From Mobula hypostoma (Eukaryota), in the NCBI RefSeq assembly GCF_963921235.1, contig NC_086097.1:120592001-120656000 (forward strand): a DNA stretch of 64,000 bases. Reading direction: 5' to 3'. Shown here one piece after another: positions 37,651-50,189 of the stretch. Position 1 is the stretch's first letter; each line of letters begins with the position of its first letter. Both the position numbers and the translations under genes were made by a program. The notes below the pieces were generated by a model that saw only the letters and a program-made list of their open reading frames with translations, searched no databases and was not told the origin of the DNA.

Positions 37651-40289
37651 AACTTCAGCCTGGAAAGATGCTTATTTTTCTTTCTGCAGTTCTCTCAGGA
37701 TAACATTGGACTGGATCTGGCTGCACAGTCCCAGTGCTTGGAAATAATACCATCCATGACCACCACTTTACCATCTCACCTCCATACACTCATATTTACT
37801 GACCCATACATGAAAAGAACACCACTAGCTCTCTTGATCATCGTTACAGTTATGGCAGTGTTATAATAGTGACAATGATTAGCAGTTCCCCATCATAATC
37901 CCTGTATGACTAGGTTCGTGCAATAAACCCCATGTGGCCCTCATATGCTATCATTCCCAAATCTGTACAGCATTCACTTACTTACTTACTTGGGCCCTTA
38001 ACTCCGAGTAGAGTGGAAGCTATTGATGGCCTCCCATATCCATCGTCCTCTGAAGTCAATATATGGTTGGAATTCATCAACGCACCTACAATCCATTGCA
38101 TCCACTGTACAGGGGATTGGCCTATACAACTTCACCAGAGCCCTTCCCAATTCCACCTCTCACGAATGGGACTTTGAGAGGCATAAAGTATTTGTCTGAC
38201 ACATAATTGAAGACCTCCTTCAGTGACCACAATCTGCATGACATGGTCTAATACTATTACTTCGCTAGAAGTTATTTGAACTGTGCATGGATTCTGAACA
38301 ATGGTTTGTACAGAAACAGAATTATCTCACTAGATTTTGAATGTCCTCTTTTGTCTGCTCAATCAATCCAATATAATAATTGTATTGTGTAATGCATTCA
38401 ATGATTGCAACATGTATAATGCATACCATGCCATGCCAAGCACATGTGATGCTGTGGTAAGTAAATTTTTTGTACGTAAATTTTTTGCACTTGTACGTAT
38501 GTGTATTTGTGCATTTGACAATAATCTTGACACTGACAGTTGACAGATGCCATTTTTGATTCAGTCCCTTAAACTTCTTTCTTGATCAGCCCATCAGAAC
38601 ACAGTCCCATTTGCATGTAACACTCTTTCTGTGAATGTTTTCTCTGTTCTCATTATCTACCAAATTGTGATCCTATGTGTACAAAAAGAAACAGCCTAGT
38701 TACATTAACTGGCAACAGTCAGGGAGCTTTGAATGCAGTGATACACAAGCGCGTGCTATTGCCATGGTTCAGTATTCAGGGTGTCTTAGGTAAAGGATAA
38801 CTTTCTCTCAATGGACCTGTCGGGAAATTCAACCATTTGTTTATTCATCTTGCTTTACTCAAACCAAGGAAAAGGTATTGAGACCAAGGTCAGCCATAAT
38901 CTTATTGAGGCACAGAGGGCTGACTGACATACTCCTGATAGTTCTTCTTTTTGTGTTCTTCTAAGGAGATGGACACAGGATTGAGATTCCTCTCCATAGA
39001 TGCTGCTTGATCTGCTGAATTCTTCCAGCATTTTGTATGTGTTGCTCTGGATTTCCATCAAGTGCAAAATCTCTTGTGCCTGTAATGTGGAATCACTTCG
39101 TTAATCATAAAGTTGGATTGGAAGATCGGAGGGAGACAGGTGGAGAAGGAGTGGAGAAAGATCTGGGTAGTGATAGGAGAAGGCGATAAATGGGTTAAAA
39201 CCATGAGATATGGAAACTATAGGATAGTCACTAGAGTCCTGGGGTTGAGGCCTGAAGGTCAAACCTATGACTGGTGAATCCTGTGGTCAATACCTAGATG
39301 TCAGTGAAGTCCAGAAGGCAAAGCCAAAAGTCAAAGTCCAGAGCCTGGTGAGTCAAGGTAGAAGTCCGAAGGTTGAAGACTAAACTCGGCAAGTCTGGAG
39401 GTAGAGGCACAATATCTGTGCTTCTGAGCCAGGGACTGGAAGTTGGAGGCCTGATGTCTGTGAGTCTAAGAGTCTATGGACAAGCACTGTGTCCTGTACT
39501 GTGTTCAAAGGCCCATCTATATGTGTGAGTACATGGGATGGTGGGAAAAGGGCTTGTTTGCGACTGCTGTCTTGTTATTCATGCTTGTATTGTTTTACTG
39601 AGAATTTATGGGTGTGCTATGTTGGCGCTGGAATGTGTGATGATACTTGCATGCTGTTCTCCACACATCCTTGGGCGTGCTGTTTGTTAACACAAACAAC
39701 GCATTTCATTGTCTGTTTCAGTGTGCACAGTTGTAATAAATGACTCTGAATCAGAAGTGATGTCAGATTCAGAATCTGAATAAAATTCCTGTACCTAAGG
39801 GAGTTGGGGGATATATTTATGCCTGAGATTGTTAGAGTTTTGGACATCTGGGAAATTAAGGGACATGGGGATTAGAAGTGTTAAGAACTCAAGGTATAGA
39901 ATTTGCTATCATCTTACTGAATGGTGGAACAGCTTCAAGGGACAGTACGGATGGAAGATGAGTTGTTGTTCCAGTAGGTTACATTGGGCCTCACAATGGC
40001 AGTAGAGGAAGGCACATGCAGGCAGGTCAAAAGCGAGAATGGAAATGAGAATTACGATGCCAGCTCCTTCTAATGTGCTTTATCAGCAATATCTGCTTCT
40101 GCATCATATGTTCTTATCTGTGCTGCATTTTTAAACATTGTTTTATGCTGTTTAAAGAAATTGCTTTACTTTTTTCCACTGCCCGCACCATTCACATATT
40201 CGTTCATTTCTCTGGCTGTGAATGCAAATTCTTTCATATTCACACATACACACGGACAGTCAGAAACGCACACAGAGTCACATATAGAT

Positions 40290-40322
<33 letters not shown>

Positions 40323-41056
40323 AATAATTTAATGAATTATATAATTGATTTAATTGATGTGTTTTGTGTTCTTTACATTTTATTTTATTTTGGTGTGTAG
40401 TCTCAGATAATTCTTTTTCTGATATTTTGAGATGGCAGCCAGTCAATTAGCTTTTTTGTGTATCAACAGATAAAGAGTTAATTCACCAATGACAGCTTTT
40501 GATGTGTGAGGCACTGCTGTGTGAAATTCTAGTGGAATGATCAATGGTACGACACATGAGTAATGATACTTCCAAGGTGTAACCTTGTCAGGTGTGATGC
40601 TGAGAAAAAGTGACAACCTTAGGTGTAACAATCTGACATTTGACACCATCAAGGTTGCATTTTCAGATGTAAGTCATTTGCTGCATGAATGTTAATTGCT
40701 TACCTGCTGTATGTTCGCAGATCCCGCCCTCTAAAGAACCTTTTTTAATGCTTCTTCCTCATGAGTATTATTGTTCAGTTAATATGATCAGTAGGACTTA
40801 GGCGACTTCTATCTTTCATAAGCCACTTATGAAATCAACATAAGGCAACATCTTTGTCAACATAAGGTGTCACATAGCTTATATAATAAAGCTTCATAGA
40901 CATATTTGCTCTATCTATTCTACTGTAGAGAGGATTACTTAAACTAACTCTTAAGAACAGTTAAGAACAATGTACTGAAGCAAGTTCTTTATCAGACTCT
41001 GGCTGATGTAAAGGATCAATGATCAAATTTATTTACCATATACACATAATCACATA

Positions 41057-41845
41057 TACACTTTGTTAGATAATTCCTGTACCTAATAAAGGAGGGGAGG
41101 GAGGGGAGGAGGGAACGTCGACTCAGACCATGAGAGGCCTGCGTCAGGCATTTTCATACCTTACAAGACGCAGATCAGAAGTCTGTGTGGGGTGCCACTC
41201 CTCGCAAAGACACTAAAGCAATGTGCGGTTAAGTGCCTTGCTCAAGGACACAAACACGTTGCCACTGCTGCGGTTTGAACTGGCGACCTTCAGATCACTA
41301 GACGAACGCCTTAACCACTTGGTCATATGTACCTAATAAAGTGGCCCCTAAGTGTATGTTCATGGTCTTCTGCTGCTGTAGCCCATCCACTCCAAGTTTC
41401 GATGTGTTGTGTGGTCCGAGATGCTCTTCCGCACACCACTGTTGTAATATGTGGTTATTTGAGTTACTGTCGCCTCCTGATCAGCTTGAACCAGGCTTGC
41501 CATTCTTGTCTGTCCTTTCCCATTAACAAGGTGTTTTTGCCCACATAACTGCTGATCACTGCATATTTTTTGAGTTGTTTTTTGCACCATCCTCTGTAAA
41601 TTCTGGAGACTGTTGTGCATGAAAATCCCAGGAGCTCACCAGTTTTTGAGATACTCAAGCCCACCTCGTCTGGCACTAACCATCATTCTATGGTTAAAGT
41701 CACTCATTTCTTCCCCATTCTGATGTTTGATCTAAACAACAACTGAACCTCTTGACCATGCCTGCATGCTTTTATGCACTGAGTGGCTGATTAGATATTT
41801 GCATTAACAGGCAGGTATACAGTTGTATGAAGTGGCCATTGATTG
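41057..41845 (-). mobile_element. Tc1-like non-autonomous element
   Basis: VGLSISKTGELLGFSCTTVSRIYR (HTH) and MASLVQADQEATVTQITTYYNSG; same termini as 4763-5635. Confidence 0.85.
41092..41327 (-). mobile_element. CORE-type SINE with 14-bp TSD
   Basis: TSD TGTACCTAATAAAG at 41078-41091 and 41328-41341. Confidence 0.9.
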
Positions 41846-42328
41846 TAAATCCAAACTAGAGTTTAAACCCATACAGTTTTGAGTCCAGTACCATTGTGAA
41901 AGTCATCATACAGGCTGCAGAAAGCGACTAATGTTGCCATTATAATCTGGGCCTAATTCTCAGCCTATGTGGGTCAATATGGGCAGCAATATATCCAGCT
42001 TCATTAGTGTGTTAGGTAGTCCAACGTTTTACGGTGCCAACTGTAAGATCGAGTGTTCAATTCCCATCACTGTCTGTAAGGAGTTTGTACATTCTTCCCG
42101 TGACCACGCAGGTTTCCTCCAGGCATTCTGCTTTCCTCTCACATTCCAAAAACACACAGGTTAGGGTCACTGAGTTGTTGGCAGAAGCAGGTCACCACTT
42201 GTGGGGTTTTTCCAGCACAACGCTCGCTGATTTGAATTTGACTCAAACAATGCATTTCACTGCATGTTTTAAACACAGAAAATAGAACATTACAGCACAG
42301 TACAGGCCCTTTGACTCACAATATTGTC

Positions 42329-42612
42329 TTCCGCTTCTTCCTTTGTCCATCACCGTGACTGGGTCACTGGCCACCAACAGCTGCTCACCAGAGTCCTCTG
42401 TCCTGGACTGAGCTTGAACAACGGCTTCCGGTTTCACTACATAACTTCAAACGTCTTCTAGGTGAAGACCCTTCCTCTGCCAGGGATGAGAGTTTTGGAG
42501 CTTCTGTTGACATTTCTGTAGCTTTGGGTTTTTACGGGATGGAGTAGCAAGCCCCATACTCAACCATCCTCTACCATCCTCTTTTCACAGTCGGACTTGG
42601 GACCATCCATGA
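42329..42612 (-). mobile_element. Short RTE-derived element with twister-like 5' end
   Basis: Minus strand begins atggatGGTCCCAAGtCCGactgtgaaaagaggatgg... and ends in a gaagaag-type tail; inserted in a CR1 3' end. Confidence 0.55.
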
Positions 42613-43110
42613 TGCTGTGCTGACATTGTAAACTACAAGAGTTTCTTAAATGCCCCTGAAGTATCTACCTCTACTACAACCCCCCAGCAGAACGTTCCAT
42701 ACACCCAGCACTCTCTGTGTAAAAAAACTTAACTCTGACATCCCTCAAACAACAAAATTACACAACTTACATCAGTGACAATAAACCTCAATCTGCTTCT
42801 TAATTAATTTACTTAGCGATAAAGCACAGAGCAGGCTCTTCAAGCCCTGCTGCCCTAGTAACTCCACAACCTCGATTAACCCTAACTTAATTATGGAACA
42901 ATTTACAATGAACACGACTGTGGTAGGAAACTGGAACTCCAGGTTAAAATCCACACATTCCACAGGGAGAATATACAGAGATTCCTACAGAATACCGCGG
43001 AATTGAACTCCAAACTCCGGAATGCCCTGAGCTGTAATAGCATTGTACTAGGAACACTCACAACGCGCTGGAGGAACTCAGCAGGTCAGTCAGCATCGGT
43101 TGAAAAGATT

Positions 43111-43146
43111 AGTCGACGTTTCGGGCCGAAACCCTTCGTCAGGACT
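43111..43146 (-). ncRNA. Minimal type I hammerhead ribozyme (inverted copy)
   Basis: Exact reverse complement of 43747-43782. Confidence 0.8.
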
Positions 43147-43746
43147 GAAGGAAGAACTTTGGGGAGGGTTTGAAGAATGCTGGTAGTTGAAAAAAACAGT
43201 AATTTGAAAGACAAAGGGGTGGGGGAGGGGAAAGAGGGAGGTGATTGGCAGGAGAACAATGTGCAGTAGTAGAAGGAGGCGGAACTATGAGGGAGGTAAT
43301 GTGAAATAGGGATAGAGGAAGGGAGGGGGACGGAATTATCGGAAGTTGGAGAATTCTATGTTCATACCAAGGGGCTGGAGACTACCTAGACGGTATATGA
43401 GGTGTTGCTCCTCCAATCTGAGTTTAGCCTCATCATGGCAGTAGAGGAAGCCATGTATGGATATATATGAATGGGAATGGGAAGCAGAGTTGAAGTGGGT
43501 GGCTACCAGGAGATCCTGTCTGTTGGTATGAACATAGGATTCTCCAACTTCTGGTAATTTCTTCCCACTCCCTTCCTCTATCCCTATTTCACATCACCTC
43601 CCTCATAGTTCCGCCTCCTTCTACTACTGCGCATTGTTCTTCTGCCAATCACCTCCCTCTTTCCCCTCCCCCACCCCTTTGTCTTTCAAATTACTGTTTT
43701 TTTCAACTACCAGCATTCTTCAAACCCTCCCCAAAGTTCTTCCTTC

Positions 43747-43782
43747 AGTCCTGACGAAGGGTTTCGGCCCGAAACGTCGACT
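43747..43782 (+). ncRNA. Minimal type I hammerhead ribozyme
   Basis: agtc-CTGACGA-a-ggg-tttcgg-ccc-GAAAC-GTC-gact; predicted cleavage 3' of C43778. Confidence 0.8.
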
Positions 43783-44344
43783 AATCTTTTCAACCGATGC
43801 TGACTGACCTGCTGAGTTTCTCCAGCGCATTGTGAGTGTTCTTTTGACAACAGCATCTGCAGATTATTTTGTATAGCATTGTACTATGCTACCGTCGAGC
43901 CCAAGCTCAAGGGTGTGATTGAACACAGGTCTCTGGCTCTCTGAGGTAGTTACTCCACCCAGTGTGCCACTGAACTACCCCTATCTTTTGATTTACATGT
44001 GATAACTTTACATGGGGCTTGCACAGTGGCTAGAACAATGCTTCACAGTACAGGTGACCTGGGTTCAGTTCCTGCTGCTGCCTATAAGAAGCTTGTATGT
44101 TCTCCCTGTGACCGTGTGGGTTTCCTCGGGGTGATCTGGTTTTCTCCAACAGTCCAAAGACATTGGTACGTTAATTGGTCATTATAAATTGCCCCATGAT
44201 AAGGCCAACGTTAAATTGGGGGATTGCTGGATGGCATAGCTTGAGGGGCCCGAAGGGCCTCCTTCACACTCTATCTCAATAAAATAAAATAAAGCTAATA
44301 TTTAACTCAATCCAAGACCTCGGACATTTTAGACACCCAGAGTG

Positions 44345-45710
44345 ATTTTAATTGCTGGATCCTCAGACTGTGTGTGGAACAGCTGGCTGGTGTATTTACG
44401 GACATTTTTAATCTCTCCCTCTCCCATTGTGTAGTGCCCTCCTATTTCAAATCATCCATAATTGTCCCTGTACCTAAGAAAACCAAGGTAGCATGCCTGA
44501 ACGATTGGTGCCCTGTCATACACACCTCAATTATAAGCAAGTGCTTTGAGACGCTGGATAAAGAATACATCTGCAGTATGCTACCACCCACACTGGACCC
44601 CCTACAATTCGCCTACCGATGGAACCAGTCTACCAATAACACTATAGCCACAGCACTACACACCGTCCTCACTCACCTGGATAAGAGGGAAGCGTATGTT
44701 AGAATGCTGTTTCTGGCCTACAGTTCAGCATTCAACACCATAATTCCCTCCAAACTTGACGGAAAGCTCAGAGACCTCGGCCTGCACCCTGCCTTGTGCA
44801 GATGGACCATAGACTTCCTATCGGATCGCCGTCAGATGGTAAGGATAGATTCCTTCACCTCTGCTCCTTTGACCCTCAGCCGTGCCCCTAAGGGTTGCGT
44901 CCTGAGTCCCCTCCTCTACTCCGTTTACACCCACAACTGTGCTGCCACACACAGCTCCAATCTGCTGATCTAATTTGCAGATGACATGACACTGATTGGC
45001 TTTATTTCTAATGGTGATGAGACAGCCTACAGAGAAGAGGTTGACACACGGTGGTGCCAAGATAACAACCTCTCCCTCAATGTCCAAAAACCAAAAGAGT
45101 TGATCGTGGACTACAGGAGGAAGGAGACAGGCTCACCCCAATCAACATCAGTGAGGCTGCAGTTGAGAGGGTGAATAGATTCAAGTTCCTCAGTATACAC
45201 AAGACTGAAGATCTCACCTGGACTGTACACAACACCAACCCTAAAGTACAACAGCTTCTCTTCTACTTCAGGCGACAGAAGAAGTTTGGCATGCGCCCCC
45301 AGATCCTCAAGATCTTCTACAGGGGCACCATTGAAAGCATCTTTACTGGCTGTATCACCACCTGCCATGGGAACTGCACCAACCTGGCCACTGCAGAGGG
45401 TGGTATGGACAGCCCAGTGCATCTGTGGATGTGAACTTTCCTCCATTGAGGATATTTACAGCAACAGGTGCAGAAAGAAGACCTGGAAGATCATTGGGGA
45501 CACCGGTCACCCCGACCATAAACTGCTTCAGCTGCTTCCATCTGGAAAACGGTACCATTGGCCCAACTGGCTATGGGACAGCTTCTTTCTACAAGCCATT
45601 AGACATATAAATTCAGATATCTGTACATTGCGATAGTCATAACGCAAACATTTTCACTCCCTCACGTGGTGGGACGGACGTAAGATTTAAATAAATTCAA
45701 ATTCAAATTG
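44345..45710 (+). mobile_element. Rex1/Babar LINE RT region and 3' end
   Basis: ORF 44374..44973 ([37 protein letters not shown]), FADD, HPDHKLLQLLPSGKRY, and an (aaattc)n tail. Confidence 0.92.
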
Positions 45711-45959
45711 GAATTTAAATTCTGATGACCATCTGAATCCAATGGGGATAGTGTGAGGCCATAATGCAGAAATCCATGGAGTTGCAGGTCAGGAACTTGA
45801 GCCAGTTAAGTTGAGGCAACAGTACCAGCCAGCCTGCACTGGAGGGTATATGATACAAAATACTAAAGTAATATGGGGTACGAAAGTAATGGGACTGCAT
45901 CAGGTAATTTTCATTCACCACTTTAACCATGTGCACGATTATTCCTGTGAGCTTGAGGA

Positions 45960-47900
45960 ATGCATTATTATGAGGAGTATAGGTAGTATAAATGCAAGCA
46001 GGCTTTTTCCATTGAAATTGGGTGAGACGAGAACTAGAGGTCATGGGCTAAGGATGAAAGGTGAAATGTTTAAAAGCAATATGAGGAGAAACTTCTTCAT
46101 TCAGAGGGTGGTGAGAGTGTGGAACGAGCTGCCAGTTGAAGTGGTGGATGGGGGTGTGATTTCAACATTTCAGAGAAATTTGCATAGGTACATAAATCGG
46201 AGGGGTATGGATGCTGATGTCTATGTTTGCAGTGCAGGTTGATGGAATATGGAGAATAATAGTCTGGCATGGACAAGATTGGCCGAAGGGCCTGTTTTGT
46301 GATGTGATGCCCTTTGGTTCTTCTACCTTATTGAATATGCATTCACAATTTAAGGTGACCGATATGATTCTTTCTGCACAAATGTGGTTTGGTGGCGAAG
46401 TGCACTCTATTGCTGATCAAAGTTGTATAACCAGCTTATCTAGAATGAATGCAGAAATCAACCTGGAGGAGCGGAGAGCCCGACGCAGCACAGCATCCAA
46501 CCGGTAATCAATAGCAACGTTACTGTGACAGGAATTATTTCGAAACATGGAAAATGGGAGGAGGAGTAGGTCTCCTCCATCGTGACTGATCATCCAAATT
46601 CATCAGTGTCGAAGAGCAATACAGCTCAGAAGCACGTCCTTCAGCCCACCAACTCTGTCATGTTGAAGTTGTATGAGACATCGCTGAGGCCTAATCTGGA
46701 GTATTATCTGCAGTTCTGGTCACCTACCTACAGGAAAGATAGCAATAAAATTGAAATAGTACAGAGAAAATTTATAAGATTGTTATCGGAACTTGAGGAC
46801 CTGAGTTAAAGGGAAAGGTTGAATAAATTAGGACCTTATTCACTGGAGTGTAGAAGAATGAGGGGAGATTGATGGAATATACAATATTATGAGGGGTATA
46901 GAAAGGTTAAATGCAAGTAGACTTTTCTCATGTCTCACTCAACTGAGGTTGGGTGAGACTTGAACTAGAAGTCTTGGCTTAAAGGTGAAAGGTGAAATGT
47001 TTAAGAGGAACATGAGGGCAACTTCTTCTATCAGAGGATGGTGAGAGTCGAATGAGTCGTCTGGTGGAACTGGCGGACGTGGATTTGATTTCAACATTTA
47101 AGAGAAGAGAGGATAAGTACATGGATGGGTGGGGTATGGTGTGTTACAGTGCCGGTGCAAGTCCATGAAGCTATGCAGAATAATAGTTTGGCATGGACCA
47201 GATGGGCCAAATTATCCATTTCTATGCTGTGTTTCATTTGACTCTATCAGTCCAGGCCAACCATATTGTCCACCCAGCGAGTCTTAATTTTCTCCATTCA
47301 ACCTATATCTCTGCAAACCCTCCCCTCCACATACTTATCCAAGTGTTTCTTAAATGACATTGTTGTACCTGCCTCAACCACCTTTCTTGTCAGTTCATAC
47401 CATATGCTGACTCCCTCTGCAAGAAAATGTTGTCCCTCAGGTCCTTTTTAAATCTACCCTCTCTCATCCTAAATCTAGGTCCCTCTTGTTATGGAATCCC
47501 CTACCCTGCATTCCGTCTGATGACTCTTAGTATTTTAAATATTCCTATAGAGTCAATAATCACTTCCTAATGCTCCAAGGAATAAAGGCCTAGCCAGGCC
47601 AATCGCTCCCTAAAACTCAAGCCCTCTAGTCCAAGCAAAATCATCATAAATCTTTTGTTGCTCTCTTTCCATTTTAATCGCAAATTCCCTACAAAAGGGA
47701 GACTAAATCATATTTCCTATAACAGGGAGATCAAAACTGTGCACAGTACTCCAACTGTGGTCTCAGCAAACATCATAATGTCCTAGCTCTGATACTCAGC
47801 GCCAGACTGACAAAACCCACCTGGTCATAGGATGAAAGCCAGTGTGCGAAATGCCTTTTATATCGCCTTGCAGCCTGTGATGCTGCTTTCAATGAACTGT
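45960..47900. mobile_element. Cluster of CR1 3' fragments (about 45960-46320 +, 46655-47245 +, 47290-47900 -)
   Basis: TRTRGHGLRMKG...NFFIQRVVRVWNELP and LYETSLRPNLEYYLQFWSP. Confidence 0.8.
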
Positions 47901-49450
47901 GCACTTGTCGCCATATACTACCTTGAGATAAATTTTCCTGCAAGCATTCACAGCAGAACAGAGAACTACAATACAATCAATGAAAAACTACACACTAAGA
48001 CTGACAAACAATCAATGAGCAAAAGAATTGTGTAAATGAGAAAAGTAAATAAATATTACTGAGAACATGAGTTGCAGAGTTCTTGAAAATTAGCCTGTAG
48101 GTTGTGGAATCAGATTCAGAGTTGAGGTGAGTGAAGTTATCCATGCTCGCTCAGGATCCTGCGGTTGTAGGGTAATTACTCCCTGAACTTGGTGTGGGAT
48201 CTAAGGCTCCTGTACCTCCTTTCCACTCAATGTCCATAAACTCTTCTAACAGCTTTCCAACCACAACAAGTTCAAAGTAAATTTTATTATCAAAGTACAT
48301 ATATGTCACCATATAGATTTTCCTGTGGGCATACAAACATTCTATAGTGTACAGTAACAGGATCAATGAAAGACCGGCCAGCTAAGGTGTTCAACCAGAG
48401 AGCAGAAGACAACAAACTGTGCAGATGCAAACGTAAATAACTAGCAATAAGCAATGGGAACATGAGATGAAGAGTCCTTGAAAGTGAATCCATTGGTTGT
48501 GCGAACAGTTCAATGATGAGGCAAGTGAAATTGAGTGAAATTATCCTCACATACACAAGTGATAACTTACAGTAGTCAATTAGTGTATCAAATTGCATAA
48601 GTTTGGGATATGGGAAGAAAGTTACCTGGTCATAGGGAGAATGTGCAAATTCCGCAGAAGAGATCTGAATCAATCCTGGATTGTGAGGTAGCACCACTGT
48701 CAGCATGTAGATCAGTATGTAATAAACCACAGGATATTTAATATTGTCCCTTTTATTGGTAAAAGACAAACTACGTAATGTACTGGGTGGGCACAGGAGT
48801 ACATTCAGCCAGAGACTCATTCCACCGAGATGCAGCACAGAGCGTCATAGGAAGTCATTCCTGCCTGTGGCCATCAAACTTTACAACTCCTCCCTTGGAG
48901 GGTCAGACACCCTGAGCCGATAGGCTGGTGCTGGACTTATTTCATAATTTAATGGCATAATTTACATATTACTATTTAACTATTATGGTTCTATTACTAT
49001 TTATTATTTATGGTGCAACTGTAACAAAAACCAATTTCCCCTGGGATCAATAAAGTATGACTATGACTATGACTATGACTATACTTGTTTTCCAAAGCCT
49101 TAAGTAGCCAAATTGTTCAGCAAGGGATCTAAGGTCTGTCTAGTCCACAAAAATTTGTCTGCACCACTCTTTTCCACATTCAGACTTACTCTACAATGTG
49201 CGGGATACGCCTTCCAATTATGTTGATCTGAATGTAGAACTGGTAAGAATGGGATTGCTCTTTCCCTTTCTACTTAAGGACTCTACAACTCATGTTCCTG
49301 ATAGTTATTGTTTATTTATTTATTTTTTGTTTTTGTATTTGCAGAGCTTGTTTTTTTGCATCTTTGTTGTTTCTTTGATGTGCATGGTTTTTCATCAATT
49401 CTATTGTGTTTATTTGTATCTACTGTGAATACTCGCAGGAAAATCACATA
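47900..49450. mobile_element. Several Rex1/Babar 3' ends, one with a (TATGAC)n tail at about 49056-49082
   Basis: 3'UTRs homologous to 6600-6875 and 17490-17688; RHRKSFLPVAIKLYN at about 48843-48887. Confidence 0.7.
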
Positions 49451-50189
49451 TTATTATTATTATTATTATTATTGAGATACAGCATGGAATAGGCCCCAGC
49501 AATCCCTCAGTTTAATCCTAGCCCTATCATGGGAGAATTTATAATGACCAATTAACCTGTCTTTCTTCGGCTGTCCATCGATTTTCGACGTTGACTGAGG
49601 CCTGGGTAAGGTTGTATGGAAGACGAACAGTATGGAAGCCCATGCTGCAAGTCTCCCCTCTCCACGCTACCAATGTTGTCTAAGGACCCATACAGCTTGG
49701 CACCAGTATCGTCGCAGAGCAATGTGTGGTTAAGTGCCTTGCTCAAGGACACAACACGCTGCCTCTGCTGAGGCTGGAACTAGCGACCTTCAGATCACTA
49801 GACTGACGCCTTAACCACTTGACCATGCGCCACAAGGTGTGCCTTTAGATTGTGGGTGGAAATCAGAGAACCCAGAGGAAATCCAGAGGGTCACTGGGAG
49901 AACATACAAACTCCTTACAGGCAGCGGTGGGAGTTGAACCCTGTTTGGCCGTACTGTAAAGCGTTGTGCTACCGTCTCATCCTGTCAGGTACTTTGATAA
50001 TAAACTTACTTTAAGCTTTGGTAGTGCTTCAGTCCCAGACTTTCCAGGTAAATTGGCTGTGGTCCTGCAGAGTGTTTCAGGATAAATAAGTCATGTAGGT
50101 ATAAATGTAGTGACATCATAGTCCATAAGCACCACATTTTGACCTGCTTAATATTAGTACATGCTTGTCTCCTGTTTTTTTAATTCTCA

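Larger units (their letters stand above)
43051..43872. mobile_element. Penelope-derived element with about 318-bp inverted pLTRs, two hammerheads and 14-bp TSD
   Basis: Arms about 43052-43369 / 43524-43841; TSD ATAGCATTGTACTA at 43037-43050 and 43873-43886; inserted in a V-SINE. Confidence 0.93.

Noticed and set aside
39230..39500. Loosely periodic gaagtc/gaaggt-rich tract
   Set aside because: No consistent unit length; probably a decayed repeat that I cannot assign.
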